Shown here: in pieces, positions 45,518-56,960 of the stretch
Position numbering within the stretch: the stretch's first letter is position 1
How the letters are laid out: every line of letters begins with the position of its first letter
From: Candidatus Woesearchaeota archaeon
GTDB taxonomy: Archaea; Nanobdellota; Nanobdellia; Pacearchaeales; GW2011-AR1
Length of the DNA: 64,000 bases
Assembly (NCBI GenBank): GCA_964613185.1
Contig: CAZTIP010000001.1
Coordinates: 129,814-193,813, forward strand
Reading direction: 5' to 3'
Made by a program: the position numbers and the translations under genes
Notes under the pieces: generated by a model
The model's input: only the letters and a program-made list of their open reading frames with translations
The model's database searches: none
Told to the model about the DNA's origin: nothing

Positions 45518-45727
45518 ATGGATAAAGAAAAGAATGAGGACATTTCAGATTATTTTTCAAAAGAATCATTACACTCAAAACCAAAAGAAGAAGAAGAAAA
45601 TGATGAAGATTCGGAAGAATGGTTTATAGATGATAAACCTCCTGGAGATGATGTAAGAGAAATTTTTGTTAAACTTGGAAGTGAAAGCGAAATAGAAGAT
45701 GGAGATTTAGTTAGCGGGGCATCATAA
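45518..45727 (+). CDS. Small acidic hypothetical protein
   Basis: ATG directly follows the apbE stop. Glu/Asp-rich, 69 aa. Confidence 0.3.
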   Translation: MDKEKNEDISDYFSKESLHSKPKEEEENDEDSEEWFIDDKPPGDDVREIFVKLGSESEIEDGDLVSGAS

Positions 45728-45740
45728 CAACTTAACAATT

Positions 45741-46322
45741 TTATTCAATTGTCCAATCGACAAAGAAAACTCCCAAAACTGCACCAATAAAATTAAAGAC
45801 CAAATCAAGTGCCGTATTATAATAACCTCCAACAGCGTCACCAGCATCAGCAAAAACAACCATGCCAAATTCCAATATTTCATTAAGTAATCCTACTCCA
45901 AGAGAGGCTAAAATCGTAAAGAATATTAATGATTTTTTATGTCCCTCACGAAAGTGTTTTTTAATCATAAAATAAATTAAAATAGAGATCACAAAATAGG
46001 TATATGCATGGATAAATTGATCATACTTTAAAATAAAAAATGGACTTCCAACCAAATTCATTAAGATAATGTCATAAAGGCGAATTTCACCAAGATAAAG
46101 ATTCCCTCCAAGAAAATGGGTAACAATCCAAATGGAAAATAAAATAATTGAATATCTTGGAAAATCATAATAATCATCCGCTTTAATTAATAGATAATAC
46201 AAAAAACCAACAACAATTCCATAAACCAAAAATTCCGAATTTCCAAGATATAAATTATAAAAAACCATGCCTAAAATAAAAAGGTAGGTTAGAGAGACAA
46301 CCCATCGAAGAGATTTTTTCAT
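45741..46322 (-). CDS. Integral membrane protein (possibly DUF2238/YjdF-like)
   Basis: 6-7 hydrophobic helices. LNEILEFGMVVFADAGDAVGGYYNTALDLVFNFIGA. Confidence 0.4.
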   Translation of the reverse strand: MKKSLRWVVSLTYLFILGMVFYNLYLGNSEFLVYGIVVGFLYYLLIKADDYYDFPRYSIILFSIWIVTHFLGGNLYLGEIRLYDIILMNLVGSPFFILKYDQFIHAYTYFVISILIYFMIKKHFREGHKKSLIFFTILASLGVGLLNEILEFGMVVFADAGDAVGGYYNTALDLVFNFIGAVLGVFFVDWTIE

Positions 46323-46374
46323 AAAAAAATAAGTTTAATCAACTTTAAAAACCTATTAGTCCCTAAAATATTAT

Positions 46375-46453
46375 GCCCACATCGCATAATGGTAGTGCAC
46401 CGGTCTTGAACACCGGGCCTTTTGGCTTCCAGGTTCGATTCCTGGTGTGGGCG
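46375..46453 (+). tRNA. tRNA-Ser (UGA)
   Basis: GCCCACA acceptor. CCGGT-CTTGAAC-ACCGG anticodon arm. Long variable arm GCCttttGGC. CCAGG-TTCGATT-CCTGG T-arm. Confidence 0.85.
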
Positions 46454-46512
46454 TCCAGGAATCGAAAGTTTAAATTTTTTTAAACAATAAATAACAACAA
46501 AAAAATAAAAAG

Positions 46513-46776
46513 ATGAACAAAAAAGGAAATCGAAAACTGCATACAGAAATTTATAATTACATTTCAAAAGGGATAAAGTATGTGGAAAGAACTTCTATCG
46601 GAAAGAACCTACTTTTAGGAGTTTCAATTTTCGCACCAGGAGGGATTATTTATTTAGGGATGCGAGGGAAAAAATCCTTAGATGGAAGAAAAAACTCACT
46701 AAAAAATTATAGCGAATTGAATTTAGAAAATTCAGAAGAATCAAATAATGAAAATTTGGAAAAAAAAGTAGAATGA
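46513..46776 (+). CDS. Hypothetical small protein with one TM segment
   Basis: ORF only. LLLGVSIFAPGGIIYLG hydrophobic segment. Confidence 0.3.
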   Translation: MNKKGNRKLHTEIYNYISKGIKYVERTSIGKNLLLGVSIFAPGGIIYLGMRGKKSLDGRKNSLKNYSELNLENSEESNNENLEKKVE

Positions 46777-46809
46777 TAATTTTATAAATCCTTCAATATA
46801 TAAATTCTA

Positions 46810-47397
46810 ATGAGAAATATTCTTAAAAAAAAACCAGTAGCAATCTTTTTAATAGCAATTTTACTTATTTTATTTACAGGATTTGTAATAAAAATGGTAG
46901 AAAACATAAACCCGGCAAATGAAAACACAAAGGTAAAATTAGAAACAACTCACGGAGAGATAACTGTAGAATTATATTCTGATATGCCCGTAACTGCAGG
47001 AAATTTTAAAAAGTTAGTACAGGAAGGATTTTATGATGAGGTAATCTTTCATAGAATAATTCCAAATTTTATGATTCAAGGAGGGGATCCAACAGGGACT
47101 GGGATGGGAGGTCCAGGATATTCTATTAAAGACGAATTTATTCCAGGACATTCAAATATTAGGGGAACTCTTTCAATGGCAAATTCAGGGCCAAACTCTG
47201 GAGGAAGTCAATTTTTCATAAATCTCGTCGACAATTCATTTTTAGATTTTGACAAACAACCTCTTTCAAGCAAACATCCTGTATTTGGGGAAGTTATCGA
47301 AGGAATGGAGGTAGTGGATAAAATTGCAGAAGTTCAAACAGGAGCTCAGGATAAACCATTAGAAGAAGTTAAGATTTTGAAGGCAACAATTATTTGA
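46810..47397 (+). CDS. ppiB: Cyclophilin-type peptidyl-prolyl isomerase, membrane-anchored or secreted
   Basis: [44 protein letters not shown]-terminal hydrophobic helix. TATA box 46781-46788, 22 nt upstream. Confidence 0.9.
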   Translation: MRNILKKKPVAIFLIAILLILFTGFVIKMVENINPANENTKVKLETTHGEITVELYSDMPVTAGNFKKLVQEGFYDEVIFHRIIPNFMIQGGDPTGTGMGGPGYSIKDEFIPGHSNIRGTLSMANSGPNSGGSQFFINLVDNSFLDFDKQPLSSKHPVFGEVIEGMEVVDKIAEVQTGAQDKPLEEVKILKATII

Positions 47398-48868
47398 TTA
47401 AAATTGGTTTAAATTCTTTGATAAACTTGACAGCCCCTCTCATTTTTTTCTTACTTTCGGAATAAAGTGTCATAACAATTTCACCATTTTTTACTTTTCC
47501 AAGATGTTTATGTAAATAAACTCCTGCACCAATAGTTTCGGGAGTTCCAAGAATTCTACAAAGCCCATTAATTTTTTCATTACTTATCTGGGTAATTTTC
47601 CCAGTTTTTTTAGCCTTTATTTTTTTACTAAATTTGGCTAACTTTAATTCCTCAATTTTTTTTTCAATATTATTTTTACCATTTTGAGCATTAACAATTT
47701 CAACAAATTTTTCATAAGCCTTGCCAGAAGACAAAATTTCTTTTGCCTTATTTGCAGAGTCTTTTATTCCACAAAGTTTCATTAATTCAGCAGATAAAAA
47801 CAAGGACTTATTTTTTAAATCTTCAGGGACATTACCTACATTTTTCAAAACTTTCAAAATGTCAAACATTTCTAAAGTTGGGCCAAAACCATTTCCTACA
47901 GGTTGGGAACCGTTAGTATAAACCATTTTAATTTTTAGTTTAAAATTTTTAGCAAGAAGTTTAAACCTATTACCTAATTTTTTTGCAGAAACTAAGGAAT
48001 TAACTTTAGAACCATGACCATAAGGAATATCAATAAGAACATATTTTGAACCTGCAGAAATTTTTTTAGACATAATTGAAGCTAAAAGTTGAGGTTCTAT
48101 ATCTAGGTTTAACAATCTTTCAACCCTGATAATTTTATCGTCTGAAGGTGCAAGGCCAAGGGAACCCCCCCAAGCAAGACAGGCTCCAGTTTTTTTAACA
48201 ATTCGTTTTATATCTTTTAAAGAAAGTTCAACATTCGAGATAGTTTCAATTACGTCTGCAGTTCCAGAGGCAGAAGTTATTGCACGAGAAGAAGTTTTGG
48301 GAAGGATTAATCCTGCAGCAGCACATATAGAGACTACAATTGGAGTTGTACGATTTCCAGCAACACCTCCAATACAATGTTTATCCGCAATATACCTTCC
48401 ATCAAATTTTAATTTAGTTCCAGTTTTAGCCATAGCTTTAGTTAAATTAATAATCTCTTTCATAGACATTCCATTAAGTTTTTCGGCAGCAGCAAAATAT
48501 GCAATTTCTGCCTCAGTAAGATTGTTATGCACAATTTCAGAAATCAGTAAAGTTAATTCTTCACGGTTTAATTCATCTCCTTGGAGTTTTCTTTTTATCA
48601 GGGAAGTCGCATCAGATAATGGAGAAACTCCAACTTCAATAGAAGAGTTATTTTTCATGCCCAATATTTTAGAAAGTTCTTTTGACAATCCAATTTCATT
48701 ATTTTTAACAAGCTTAGGAAAAATATCTACAACTGCATAAACTTTCTTAGAATTTAAAATTTCAATTCTATCATCTACAAAAACATTCATTTTTTTAGAA
48801 GTAACATCATTAAGAATTGCAACTGGACGACCGGCCAACCACTCCAGATTTTTAATTTTTAATTTCAT
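47390..48868 (-). CDS. deoA: AMP phosphorylase (archaeal thymidine-phosphorylase family, DeoA-like)
   Basis: About 490 aa with the N-terminal extension typical of archaeal AMP phosphorylase. [29 protein letters not shown]. Confidence 0.8.
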   Translation of the reverse strand: MKLKIKNLEWLAGRPVAILNDVTSKKMNVFVDDRIEILNSKKVYAVVDIFPKLVKNNEIGLSKELSKILGMKNNSSIEVGVSPLSDATSLIKRKLQGDELNREELTLLISEIVHNNLTEAEIAYFAAAEKLNGMSMKEIINLTKAMAKTGTKLKFDGRYIADKHCIGGVAGNRTTPIVVSICAAAGLILPKTSSRAITSASGTADVIETISNVELSLKDIKRIVKKTGACLAWGGSLGLAPSDDKIIRVERLLNLDIEPQLLASIMSKKISAGSKYVLIDIPYGHGSKVNSLVSAKKLGNRFKLLAKNFKLKIKMVYTNGSQPVGNGFGPTLEMFDILKVLKNVGNVPEDLKNKSLFLSAELMKLCGIKDSANKAKEILSSGKAYEKFVEIVNAQNGKNNIEKKIEELKLAKFSKKIKAKKTGKITQISNEKINGLCRILGTPETIGAGVYLHKHLGKVKNGEIVMTLYSESKKKMRGAVKFIKEFKPILIK

Positions 48869-48882
48869 CTTTCAAAACATTT

Positions 48883-49899
48883 TTATTTTTTAAATAATTC
48901 ATCCAATCTTCCTTCACGGTAAAATTCAAGGATAATTAAACAATAGGCCAGAATTAAAGGACCAAGAACAAGACCTGCAATCCCGAAAGAGTAAAAACCT
49001 CCAATAGTTCCAATAATGCTTAATGCAAGAGGTAAATTGGATCGTTTAGATAGGAGATAGGGTCTAACAAGATTATCAATAGTTGAAATAAATAATCCTC
49101 CATAAAGTAACATAAAAATTCCTTCAAAAGAATTGCCTAAGATAATTTGGGAGATTCCGACAGGGAACCAGACCATCCAAGAACCAAGAACAGGAATTAT
49201 GGAAACCAGTCCTGCAACAAATGTTAAAACTAAAGCCTTAGGAATTCCAAGAAAAAATAGCCCTGCACCGACGGCTAAACCTTGAAGAACCCCGATAAGA
49301 ACCTGTCCAAAAACTATCGAATCTGTGATTCCTCGAAATTCCTTAAGGAATTTTAATTCAGTAGATTTTGAAAATGGAGAAAGAGAACTAAGGTAGTCTC
49401 CAAAAGATTCATAGTCTCTAACTGTAAAAAAGAAGGTGAATAAGAAGATTGCAAACTGAAGTGCCAATGAAGGGAGATTAATAAGAAGGTTTGTGAATTG
49501 GTTTAGGGAAGTGGAAAAAAAGCTTCCAATAAAATTATTAAGATTTAAGGTAACTGTCATAGCAAGATCTTTATCTAAAAATCTAGCAAAGAATTTTCCA
49601 AAATTATAATTCTGAAAAAACACATATGTATCGAATATTTCTTTTACAAGTAAAGGTACAAAATAAAATATTGGTAATGCTACTAAAAAAACGATTAGAG
49701 AAATCAAGACTATTGCAGGAAGATTTTTCCCATAAAAAACTTTTTTAAGTTTTTTATAAACTGGGCTAAAAATATATGCAAATAATAAACCAAAGATTAT
49801 TGGGAGGAGTATTTTTTGAATAACCTTAAATGCAAAGAGGAATAAGAACGCAATAAGTAAAACTACCAATCCTCTTTTAACAATACGATTATTTTGCAT
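48883..49899 (-). CDS. AI-2E/PerM family (UPF0118) transporter
   Basis: 8 TM helices. C-terminal STIDNLVRPYLLSKRSNLP...GFYSFGIAGLVLGPL. Confidence 0.7.
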   Translation of the reverse strand: MQNNRIVKRGLVVLLIAFLFLFAFKVIQKILLPIIFGLLFAYIFSPVYKKLKKVFYGKNLPAIVLISLIVFLVALPIFYFVPLLVKEIFDTYVFFQNYNFGKFFARFLDKDLAMTVTLNLNNFIGSFFSTSLNQFTNLLINLPSLALQFAIFLFTFFFTVRDYESFGDYLSSLSPFSKSTELKFLKEFRGITDSIVFGQVLIGVLQGLAVGAGLFFLGIPKALVLTFVAGLVSIIPVLGSWMVWFPVGISQIILGNSFEGIFMLLYGGLFISTIDNLVRPYLLSKRSNLPLALSIIGTIGGFYSFGIAGLVLGPLILAYCLIILEFYREGRLDELFKK

Positions 49900-49979
49900 A
49901 ATCTATTATGTTTTTTTAATTTATAAACTTACTCAAATTCGCCAAAAAGGTTTATAAACAAGTTTTGTATTTTTGATGG

Positions 49980-50684
49980 ATGATTATTAAAAAAATTTTC
50001 GACAAAATTTTCGATGAAGAAGTTCATGCAGATTTTTTAAAATTTGGGAGGGGAGAATATAAAGATAAATATCTTATTGAATGTAAAAAGCAGGCAAAGA
50101 ATTGGTCATTAAAAACAGGTCCAGAATTTGTAAATTATCTTGTAAAAAAATCCTTAGAAAATTTGAATGGAGCTACAGAAATTAAAGGGATTATTGTTTC
50201 AACAATGGATTTATCTGAAGAGGTAGATTTTGAAATTGTAAAAAAAGGGAATTTTCAAGGGATAAGAAAGCTTACAATAAACACAACAATAGAACCTTCA
50301 AAAATAATCGGACTTATGGAAAAATATCCTAAGGTATTTTTTGCATTATCATTTAAGGGAGAAGATTTTGTTTTGAAGGTAAAAGCAAAGGCTCCAAAAA
50401 GTGGGAAACCTGGGAAAGAATCCGAAGATGGACCAAAGATAGATTTTTGTTCTCTAAAAACGAATGATGAAAATTTAATCAATGAAATTTTTTTCGGAGT
50501 GGGAAATTTTAAGGATGCAAAAGTTATCCACACTATTAATATTGACGGAATTATTTATCCAGAAAATATGGAGAGTTTAAAACCTGCAGAAATAAGGGAA
50601 CAAAGTAAGAAAAAAGGAATACTCACGAGAAAAGTAATTGCAGACGGGAAAGAAACAATTACCGAAGCAGAATTTACGGCCTAA
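49980..50684 (+). CDS. Hypothetical protein
   Basis: ORF with a TATA box 49951-49958 exactly 22 nt upstream. No recognisable motif. Confidence 0.45.
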   Translation: MIIKKIFDKIFDEEVHADFLKFGRGEYKDKYLIECKKQAKNWSLKTGPEFVNYLVKKSLENLNGATEIKGIIVSTMDLSEEVDFEIVKKGNFQGIRKLTINTTIEPSKIIGLMEKYPKVFFALSFKGEDFVLKVKAKAPKSGKPGKESEDGPKIDFCSLKTNDENLINEIFFGVGNFKDAKVIHTINIDGIIYPENMESLKPAEIREQSKKKGILTRKVIADGKETITEAEFTA

Positions 50685-50703
50685 TAAAATTTAATTTCTA
50701 AAA

Positions 50704-50949
50704 TTAATCAAACCAACGAACCTTTTCCCATTTAGGCAACTTTTTGATTTCACATTCAATTTTACAAGCTTCCGATTGAGTCCCACATTCTTTTGAAGCC
50801 AACAATTTAAGAAAACCTTTTTGGCGAACATATTTACTCCCCTTCCCAGATTCATGAACTTTCATTCGCCTATCAACATCATTAGTAACTCCAGTATAAA
50901 AAGAACCATCACAACATTCAAGAATATAAACTGACCAAATTTTTTCCAT
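50704..50949 (-). CDS. GIY-YIG domain protein (COG2827-type small nuclease)
   Basis: WSVYILECCDGSFYTGVTNDVDRRMKVHESGKGSKYV. I prefer the start at MEKIW (50949), whose ATG overlaps the upstream stop (TAATG). The track ORF extends to 50988. Confidence 0.7.
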   Translation of the reverse strand: MEKIWSVYILECCDGSFYTGVTNDVDRRMKVHESGKGSKYVRQKGFLKLLASKECGTQSEACKIECEIKKLPKWEKVRWFD

Positions 50950-51599
50950 TAATAATTCAATCCCTTTCGTCCGGCACAGGTTGAACAAATTAGTGCAGTA
51001 TCTTTCAAAGACATAAAATAACGATTACCTTCTTCAAGAGTATCACTAAATTTTTCCCAACCTTCTTCAACAGTCAACTTTCCACTTATCACTTCTTCAG
51101 GAATTTTTTCAGCAGCTTCAAGAAGGTCAGTTCTTTTCTTCCACATTTTATAGTGGTACAAATTAGGTTTTGCAGTTTTAGATAATTTTTTCTTACAAGA
51201 AAAACATTCTACCTGGCTCATCAAAAGTTCCTGTTCTCGAACTGCCCATTCCAATTGGAAATCTGCATCTTGAATCAAATGTTTATAATTTCCAATTCCT
51301 CCAAATCGATTAAACTTCATAAAAATTTTCTCTTCAGGAGTATCTTTATCCGTAACCATGATTTCTCCAATTCTTTTACTATATTTCCAAACAGGATATT
51401 TTCTTTCTTTTCGGGGAGTTACCGAAACCTTACCAATGCGGTAACCTTTCCCACCAGTTTTAATTTTTCCAATTTTTAAATCCTTTTTTCGTGCAATGGC
51501 GCGTGATTTTTTTTCAGCAGTTTTTCTATTCGCTGTTTTTTCTTTTTTAGAGACATACCCTTTCTCTCCGGGAAGTATATTTGGAGTTTTTATAACCAT
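50949..51599 (-). CDS. Hypothetical basic protein with CxxC...CxxC pair
   Basis: CFSCKKK ... CSTCAGRK. Lys/Arg-rich N-terminus. Confidence 0.4.
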   Translation of the reverse strand: MVIKTPNILPGEKGYVSKKEKTANRKTAEKKSRAIARKKDLKIGKIKTGGKGYRIGKVSVTPRKERKYPVWKYSKRIGEIMVTDKDTPEEKIFMKFNRFGGIGNYKHLIQDADFQLEWAVREQELLMSQVECFSCKKKLSKTAKPNLYHYKMWKKRTDLLEAAEKIPEEVISGKLTVEEGWEKFSDTLEEGNRYFMSLKDTALICSTCAGRKGLNY

Positions 51600-51673
51600 T
51601 TTAAAAAAAGCAAATTAGGGTTTATATAATTTACATTACACCTCCGGCAAATAATAAAATTAAGTAATTATTA

Positions 51674-51706
51674 TCATAATCGATAATAAGAACAGTATAA
51701 GAATCC
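51674..51706 (-). other. 3' arm of the 23S processing stem (pairs with 54647-54676)
   Basis: gaacagtataagaatcc (51690-51706) is the exact reverse complement of ggattcttatactgttc (54647-54663). Pairing continues with bulges. Confidence 0.7.
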
Positions 51707-51765
51707 AATTAGGAAGATATGATATTTTGTTTATTAAATAAACAAAGTGTAGCTTTAAATTAAAT

Positions 51766-54610
51766 CCGAAGATTTTATTTTCATGCCTCACTTTTAGTGT
51801 AGCTTTTAGTAGACGCGAACTGAACAAATCGCAAAAGCTCTTGTGCTTACATTCCGTCTCTATCAACGCAGTCTTTTACTGCGGCATATGTTGTTTCGTT
51901 TTGCGGACCGCTTCGTGCTTAGATGCTTTCAGCACTTATCGGTATAAGGCGTAGCTGCCCAGCCTGCTCATAACAACTGGTAGACCAGAGGCCTCGAACC
52001 CACGTTCCTCTCGTACTGGAGGGTCCTTCCACTCAAACAACGACACATCTAGTAGATATCATACAAACTGTCTCACGACGTTCTTAACCCAGCTAACGAT
52101 CCCTTTTAATGCGTGAACTCCGACACCCTTGGATGCTTGTGCACATCCAGGATAGGAAGAGCCGACAGCGATGTACCAAACCGCCCCGTCAATGTGAACT
52201 ATCGGGGGCGACAAGCCTGTTATCCTTGAAGTACCTTTTCTGACGTCTTCGTGATCCATTAAAAATCATCGAAGGTTCGTTAAGCCCAACTTTCATTCCT
52301 GTTTTTCTTGCTTTTCAAAAAACAGTCAGACAAGCTTTTGCCTTTACACTCTACTCCAGATTTCCGACCTGGATGAGCTTGTCTTTGGGCCCCACTGATA
52401 TCTTTTCAGCGGGGTGCCGCCCCAGCCAAACTGCCCGCCAATTGCTGTTCCAATAAGGTTAGTGATTTTACTAAAATTGGGTAGTGTTACACTTTTGCTC
52501 TGTTTCGACCGAAATCTAACATCAACGCTCCTACCTACTCTGGGCAATCATAATAAAATCACAACAACAGGTTGCAGTAAAGGTTTACAAGGTCTTCGCT
52601 TCCCACTAGACGACACCGGCCTTTTCACCGGTAAATGATTTCGGAGGGTTTAAGTTAGGGACAGTGACAACATCGTTAAGCCGTTCATGCACGTCACCAT
52701 TCAAATGACAAGGCATTACGCTACCTTAAGAGCCTCATAGTTAGGCCCGCCGTTTGATGGGCCTTCAACCGGTTGAAACCGGTGTTTGGACACCACCACT
52801 GGGCAGACTTCACCAAGCATACTCGTCCTTTCGGAATTGCGCTTAGCTACGTTTTTGGTAAACAGTCGTGCCATCCTTGTTACTGTGATCTACTCCCCCA
52901 TACAATTAATCATACAAAAGAATAGACATCCCTTCTACCGAAGATACGGGACTATTTATGCCGAATTCCCTTAACTTATTTAACCCTTCATGTCTTAGCC
53001 TTCTCAGCTAGGGTACCAGTGCCAGTTCTTGGTACTGCTCACTACGTTCTATTTTTCAAACTTTTCACTGACTCTTGGACTCGGCGGATTCAGGACGATT
53101 TGTAAACTTCTCTTCATTACAATCCATAAACTTCTCGTTCCTTGTACCTTTCGGCACTCTACCTATCCGAAAGCGATTCAAAAACTTAACAAATGTAGTG
53201 AGTACAGGAATATTAACCTGTTCTCCGTCGTCATATTCAGTTAAGGTATGACTTAGGTGCAGACTAACCCTTGGCTAATTGATAGTGCCAAGGAAACCGT
53301 ACCCTTTCGACATCTTTCGGTTCTCAGAAAGATCAGATCCTACTCACACCATGATTCGCATTATTAGTCGCTCCAGCATCGCTTACGCGAAACCTTCGGC
53401 GCAACTAATACGCCTGCTTACCATAACATCCAACTGGATGTATCCGAAGTATCGGTAGTTTGCTTGAGCCCCGTCCATTTTCGGGGCCTCTATTCTCAAT
53501 GGGTGAGCTGTTACGCTTTCTTTAAAGGATGGCGGCTTCTAGACCTACCTCCCCACTGTCTCAGAATAAAGACTCCCTTCGTTACACTTAGCAAACATTT
53601 TGGGACCTTAACTTCGGGCTCCCTTGTTCGGGTTTCGTAACAGTATCTTACATACCGTCGCTGTTTCCGGTGCTACGCAGTTTACAGGTTCTGAGTTAGA
53701 AAGAGTTCCGTAGTCATTTGACTCTGCAAACCCTATCTGTACTATACCCCGTAAACGAACTACACCGAACTATACCTAGGCATATTTCAGCAGGAACCAG
53801 CTATCGCCAGATTAGAATGGCTTTTCACCCCTATTCCCAAGTCATCCGAGTACATGCACGTAACAACGGTTCGGCCCTCCATTTCTCTTTCAAAAAACTT
53901 CAGCCTGCTCAGGAATAGATCATCTGGCTTCAGGTCTTATCCTTGTGACTAACGCGCTTTCACACTCGCTTTCGCTTCGGCTTCCTTAATTAACCTCGCC
54001 ACAAAAATAAACTCCATGGCTCGTTCTTCAAAACGCACGCTACAACCCCTTGGGGCCGTAGCTATTTTGTAACTATTAGATTTCAAGTCTTTTAACTCTC
54101 TTGTGAGAGTACTTTTCAGCTTTCCCTCGCGGTACTCGTTCGCTATCGGACTTAAATTACTATTTAGGGTTAGCAGTTAATTCTGCCATATTCAGACGAC
54201 TAATCCAAGTCGCCCTACTCTTTTATGAACTGATATATCGTCTTAATCTACGGGGCTATCACCCTCTAAAGCGGTTCTTTCCAGAACACTTCAACTCAAC
54301 GACTTAACCATTATATCACACCACATCTCTAACTTTGTTTCCAAAGCAGATTCGGCTTGCCCTCTTCCCTTTTCGCTCGCTGCTAATAAGGGAATCATTA
54401 TTATTTTCTTTTCCTGCCGGTACTAAGATGTTTCAATTCCCGGCGTTGTTCTCCTTCTCAGGATAATTAAATACGTTTCGCATTCGGAAATCTCGGGGTC
54501 AAAAGTTGCATGCACCTCACCCGAGCATATCGCAGCTTGCCACGTCCTTCATCAAAATTTAAACCAAGCTATCCATCTAATAGTTTCTATAGAATCTATC
54601 TTCCTTACTT
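51766..54610 (-). rRNA. rrl: 23S rRNA (ends approximate)
   Basis: The reverse complement contains GATGAAGGACGTGGCAAGCTGCGATA near the 5' end and GATAAGTGCTGAAAGCATCTAAGCACGAAGC ... GTTGATAGAGACGG near the 3' end. Helix 1 is GGAAGAT/ATCTTC. GC-rich relative to the flanks. Confidence 0.9.
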
Positions 54611-54646
54611 TTCATTTACTCCCCTCGTGAGAGGGGAATGTCAAGT

Positions 54647-54676
54647 GGATTCTTATACTGTTCTCATCGAATATGA
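54647..54676 (-). other. 5' arm of the 23S processing stem
   Basis: See the partner at 51674-51706. Confidence 0.7.
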
Positions 54677-54840
54677 AGTCTCGGCTAGAGACTATTCTCA
54701 AACTCCCCAAACCAGCATAGCTGAATTCGGTTCATCGCCAGTTTTTTAACGAGCTACTCTGCTCCTGTTTTTTGAGATGCTTTTCTGCATCTTCATTCCT
54801 CAAAGGAGAGGGTGAATGTGATTTTCTAATTTAAATTTTA

Positions 54841-54911
54841 TGGACCCGCCGCGAATCGAACGCGGGTATCCTCGGTGCAAGCGAGGTATTCTGCCACTAG
54901 ACTACGGGCCC
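54841..54911 (-). tRNA. tRNA-Ala (UGC) in the 16S-23S spacer
   Basis: The reverse complement is GGGCCCG-TA-GTCT...CCTCG-CTTGCAC-CGAGG...CCGCG-TTCGATT-CGCGG-CGGGTCC-A. Confidence 0.9.
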
Positions 54912-54985
54912 ATTTCTGACGCCTGTGTCTCCACTTGCACCAGATTACAAAATGATTATTCACTTCATTAATTAATAATGAAGCT

Positions 54986-54999
54986 AGATGACCAATTCT
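54986..54999 (-). other. 3' arm of the 16S processing stem (pairs with 56793-56806)
   Basis: agatgaccaattct is the exact reverse complement of agaattggtcatct at 56793-56806. The two arms bracket the 16S. Confidence 0.7.
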
Positions 55000-55124
55000 T
55001 GTCGCTTAATATAATTTAATAATTTATATTTTTAGCATTTTAGTTCGCAGTGTTAAAATTTACAAAGCGTATTTTTGTATGTGAATAAATTTTCACCAAG
55101 AAATAAAAGTTAAAAATTAAATTT

Positions 55125-56565
55125 AGGAGGTGATCCATCTGCAGGTTCCCCTACAGATACCTTGTGACGACTTAACCTACCTTGTCGTGAAAAGGTTCTT
55201 CCCAAAAAGGGCTTCACCCCTACATAACTCGGTTGGTTTGACGGGCGGTGTGTGCAAGAGACAGGGACGCATTCACCGGACAGTGCTAATATCCGATTAC
55301 TACGAATTCCATCGTCATGAGGGTGGGTTGCAACCCTCAATCTGGACTGAGATATGCGTTAGGGGATTAGCTTCTCCTCTCGGAGTCGCATCCATTTGAA
55401 CATACCATTGCCGCGCGCGTGTAGCCCAGGGGATTAGGGACGTACTCACCTAACGTAGCCCGCACCTTCCTCCTTGTTACCAAGGCAGTTTCCATAATGT
55501 ACACATTTCTGTAGTAATTATAGACACGGGTCTCGCCTGTTACCTGATTTAACAGGTCACTTCACAGCACAGGCTGACGTCGGCCATGCATCTCCGCTCA
55601 GCGTGTCAGGTAAGCCCTTTAGACTGACCTTCATCCTGCTGTCGCTCCTGGTGAGGTTCACGGTGTAAAATCTAATTGAACCGCACGCGTCACTCGTTGT
55701 ATGTCTCCCCGCCAATTCCTTTAAGTTTCGATCTTGCGACTATACTTCCCAGGTAGCTCACTCTTCGCCTTCGCTTCAGCACCGAATCCTCCCGAAGAGG
55801 GCCCGATGTTTAGTGAGCAGTGTTTACTGCCAGGACTACACGGGTATCTAATCCGTTTTGCGCCCCTGGCCTTCATCCCTGACTGTCAGATTCGTCCTCG
55901 TAAGGTGCCTTCGCTCATTGTTAGTCCACCGAAGATTAACACATTTAACCGTTACCTCCGGCGTACTCCTTACGTCTACCGATCTCTAGCCATACAGTAT
56001 CTCCTGCAAGCCCCACGCTTGAGACGTAGGATTTCACAAGAGACTTATATGGCAAGCTACGGATGTTTTAGACCCAATAAAAAGGGATGCGACTTGAACT
56101 GCTGGTATTACCGCGGCGGCTGGCACCAGTCTTTCCCAGTCCTTATTCGTCCACATTTTTACAGTGGACAAAAGCCAATCTAAACGATTGGCACTTTGGT
56201 TCGCATTATCACACTTTCGTGCATTGTAAATGATCCGCTCCTGCTGCACTCCGTAGAGCTAGGAATAGTGTCTCAGATTCCTTCTCCGGGCAACTCCGCT
56301 AAGAGCCCGTAATGATCATCGCCTTGGTAGGCAGTTACCCCACCAACAAGCTAATCATCCGCAACCTCATCCTTAGGCACGAGTTTCAGGGTAAGTGCAT
56401 TCCAGCACATAACCCCTATCAAGTATTAGCCACAGTTTCCCGTGGTTATCCTTGACCTAAGGGCAGATTAGTTACGTGTTACTGAGCGGTTCGCCGTCTT
56501 TCGACAAACTTGCATGGATAAGCCCAAACCAAATAGCCGCATCCTCCAGCAGGATAAACTGGAAT
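55125..56565 (-). rRNA. rrs: 16S rRNA
   Basis: The plus strand carries reverse complements of the universal 3' end (AGGAGGTGATCCATCTGCAGG, TACCTTGTGACGACTT), 515-region GCTGGTATTACCGCGGCGGCTGGCAC and the archaeal 5' end (CTCCAGCAGGATAAACTGGAAT). Confidence 0.95.
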
Positions 56566-56792
56566 TAAACAAAATTGTTTTTTATACGATTGTTGATAAA
56601 TCAACAACATAAATCCTTTTTGTTTCTAAAAGATTAAAGGTAACCTTTTAGAATTTGCTACTAATAATATAAAGTATAGATTAATATCTAATAATTTGAA
56701 ATGACATCGCACTGATGTTCCTATAGAACTCAATTTCACAGAGTTAAATAAAAATTACTAGAAAGATCGCTCCATTGCTTTAAGACATAACT

Positions 56793-56806
56793 AGAATTGG
56801 TCATCT
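56793..56806 (-). other. 5' arm of the 16S processing stem
   Basis: See the partner at 54986-54999. Confidence 0.7.
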
Positions 56807-56915
56807 TCACACCCAACTCTCGGTGGGGCACTCATTCTAGCCTCAAAATTATCAATTGAAGCTTTGGATATTATCTCCAAAGTTATCATTTTGTAATAAT
56901 ATTCAACGAGTTTCG

Positions 56916-56923
56916 TTTATAAA
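56916..56923 (-). promoter_or_regulatory. Candidate rRNA operon TATA box TTTATAAA
   Basis: The only consensus octamer between the upstream gene stop (56961) and the 16S processing stem (56793-56806). Confidence 0.35.
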
Positions 56924-56960
56924 TGTTGCGTTAAATAATGAATTTTTTAAAAATTAATAT

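Noticed and set aside
46319-46567. 82-aa minus-strand ORF
   Set aside because: It overlaps a well-formed tRNA-Ser (46375..46453) on the other strand. The same reasoning applies to 36123..36515 and 36130..36354, which overlap rpl37ae and tRNA-Pro.
51600-51765. Searched for a 5S rRNA downstream of the 23S
   Set aside because: The sequence is AT-rich with no 5S-like helices. Part of it forms the 23S processing stem.
51660-56249. About a dozen track ORFs (e.g. 51660..51866, 52059..52259, 53718..53918, 55734..56183, 56034..56249)
   Set aside because: They lie inside the 23S/16S rRNA genes, their spacers or their processing stems. Universal rRNA motifs are present, so these are not coding.
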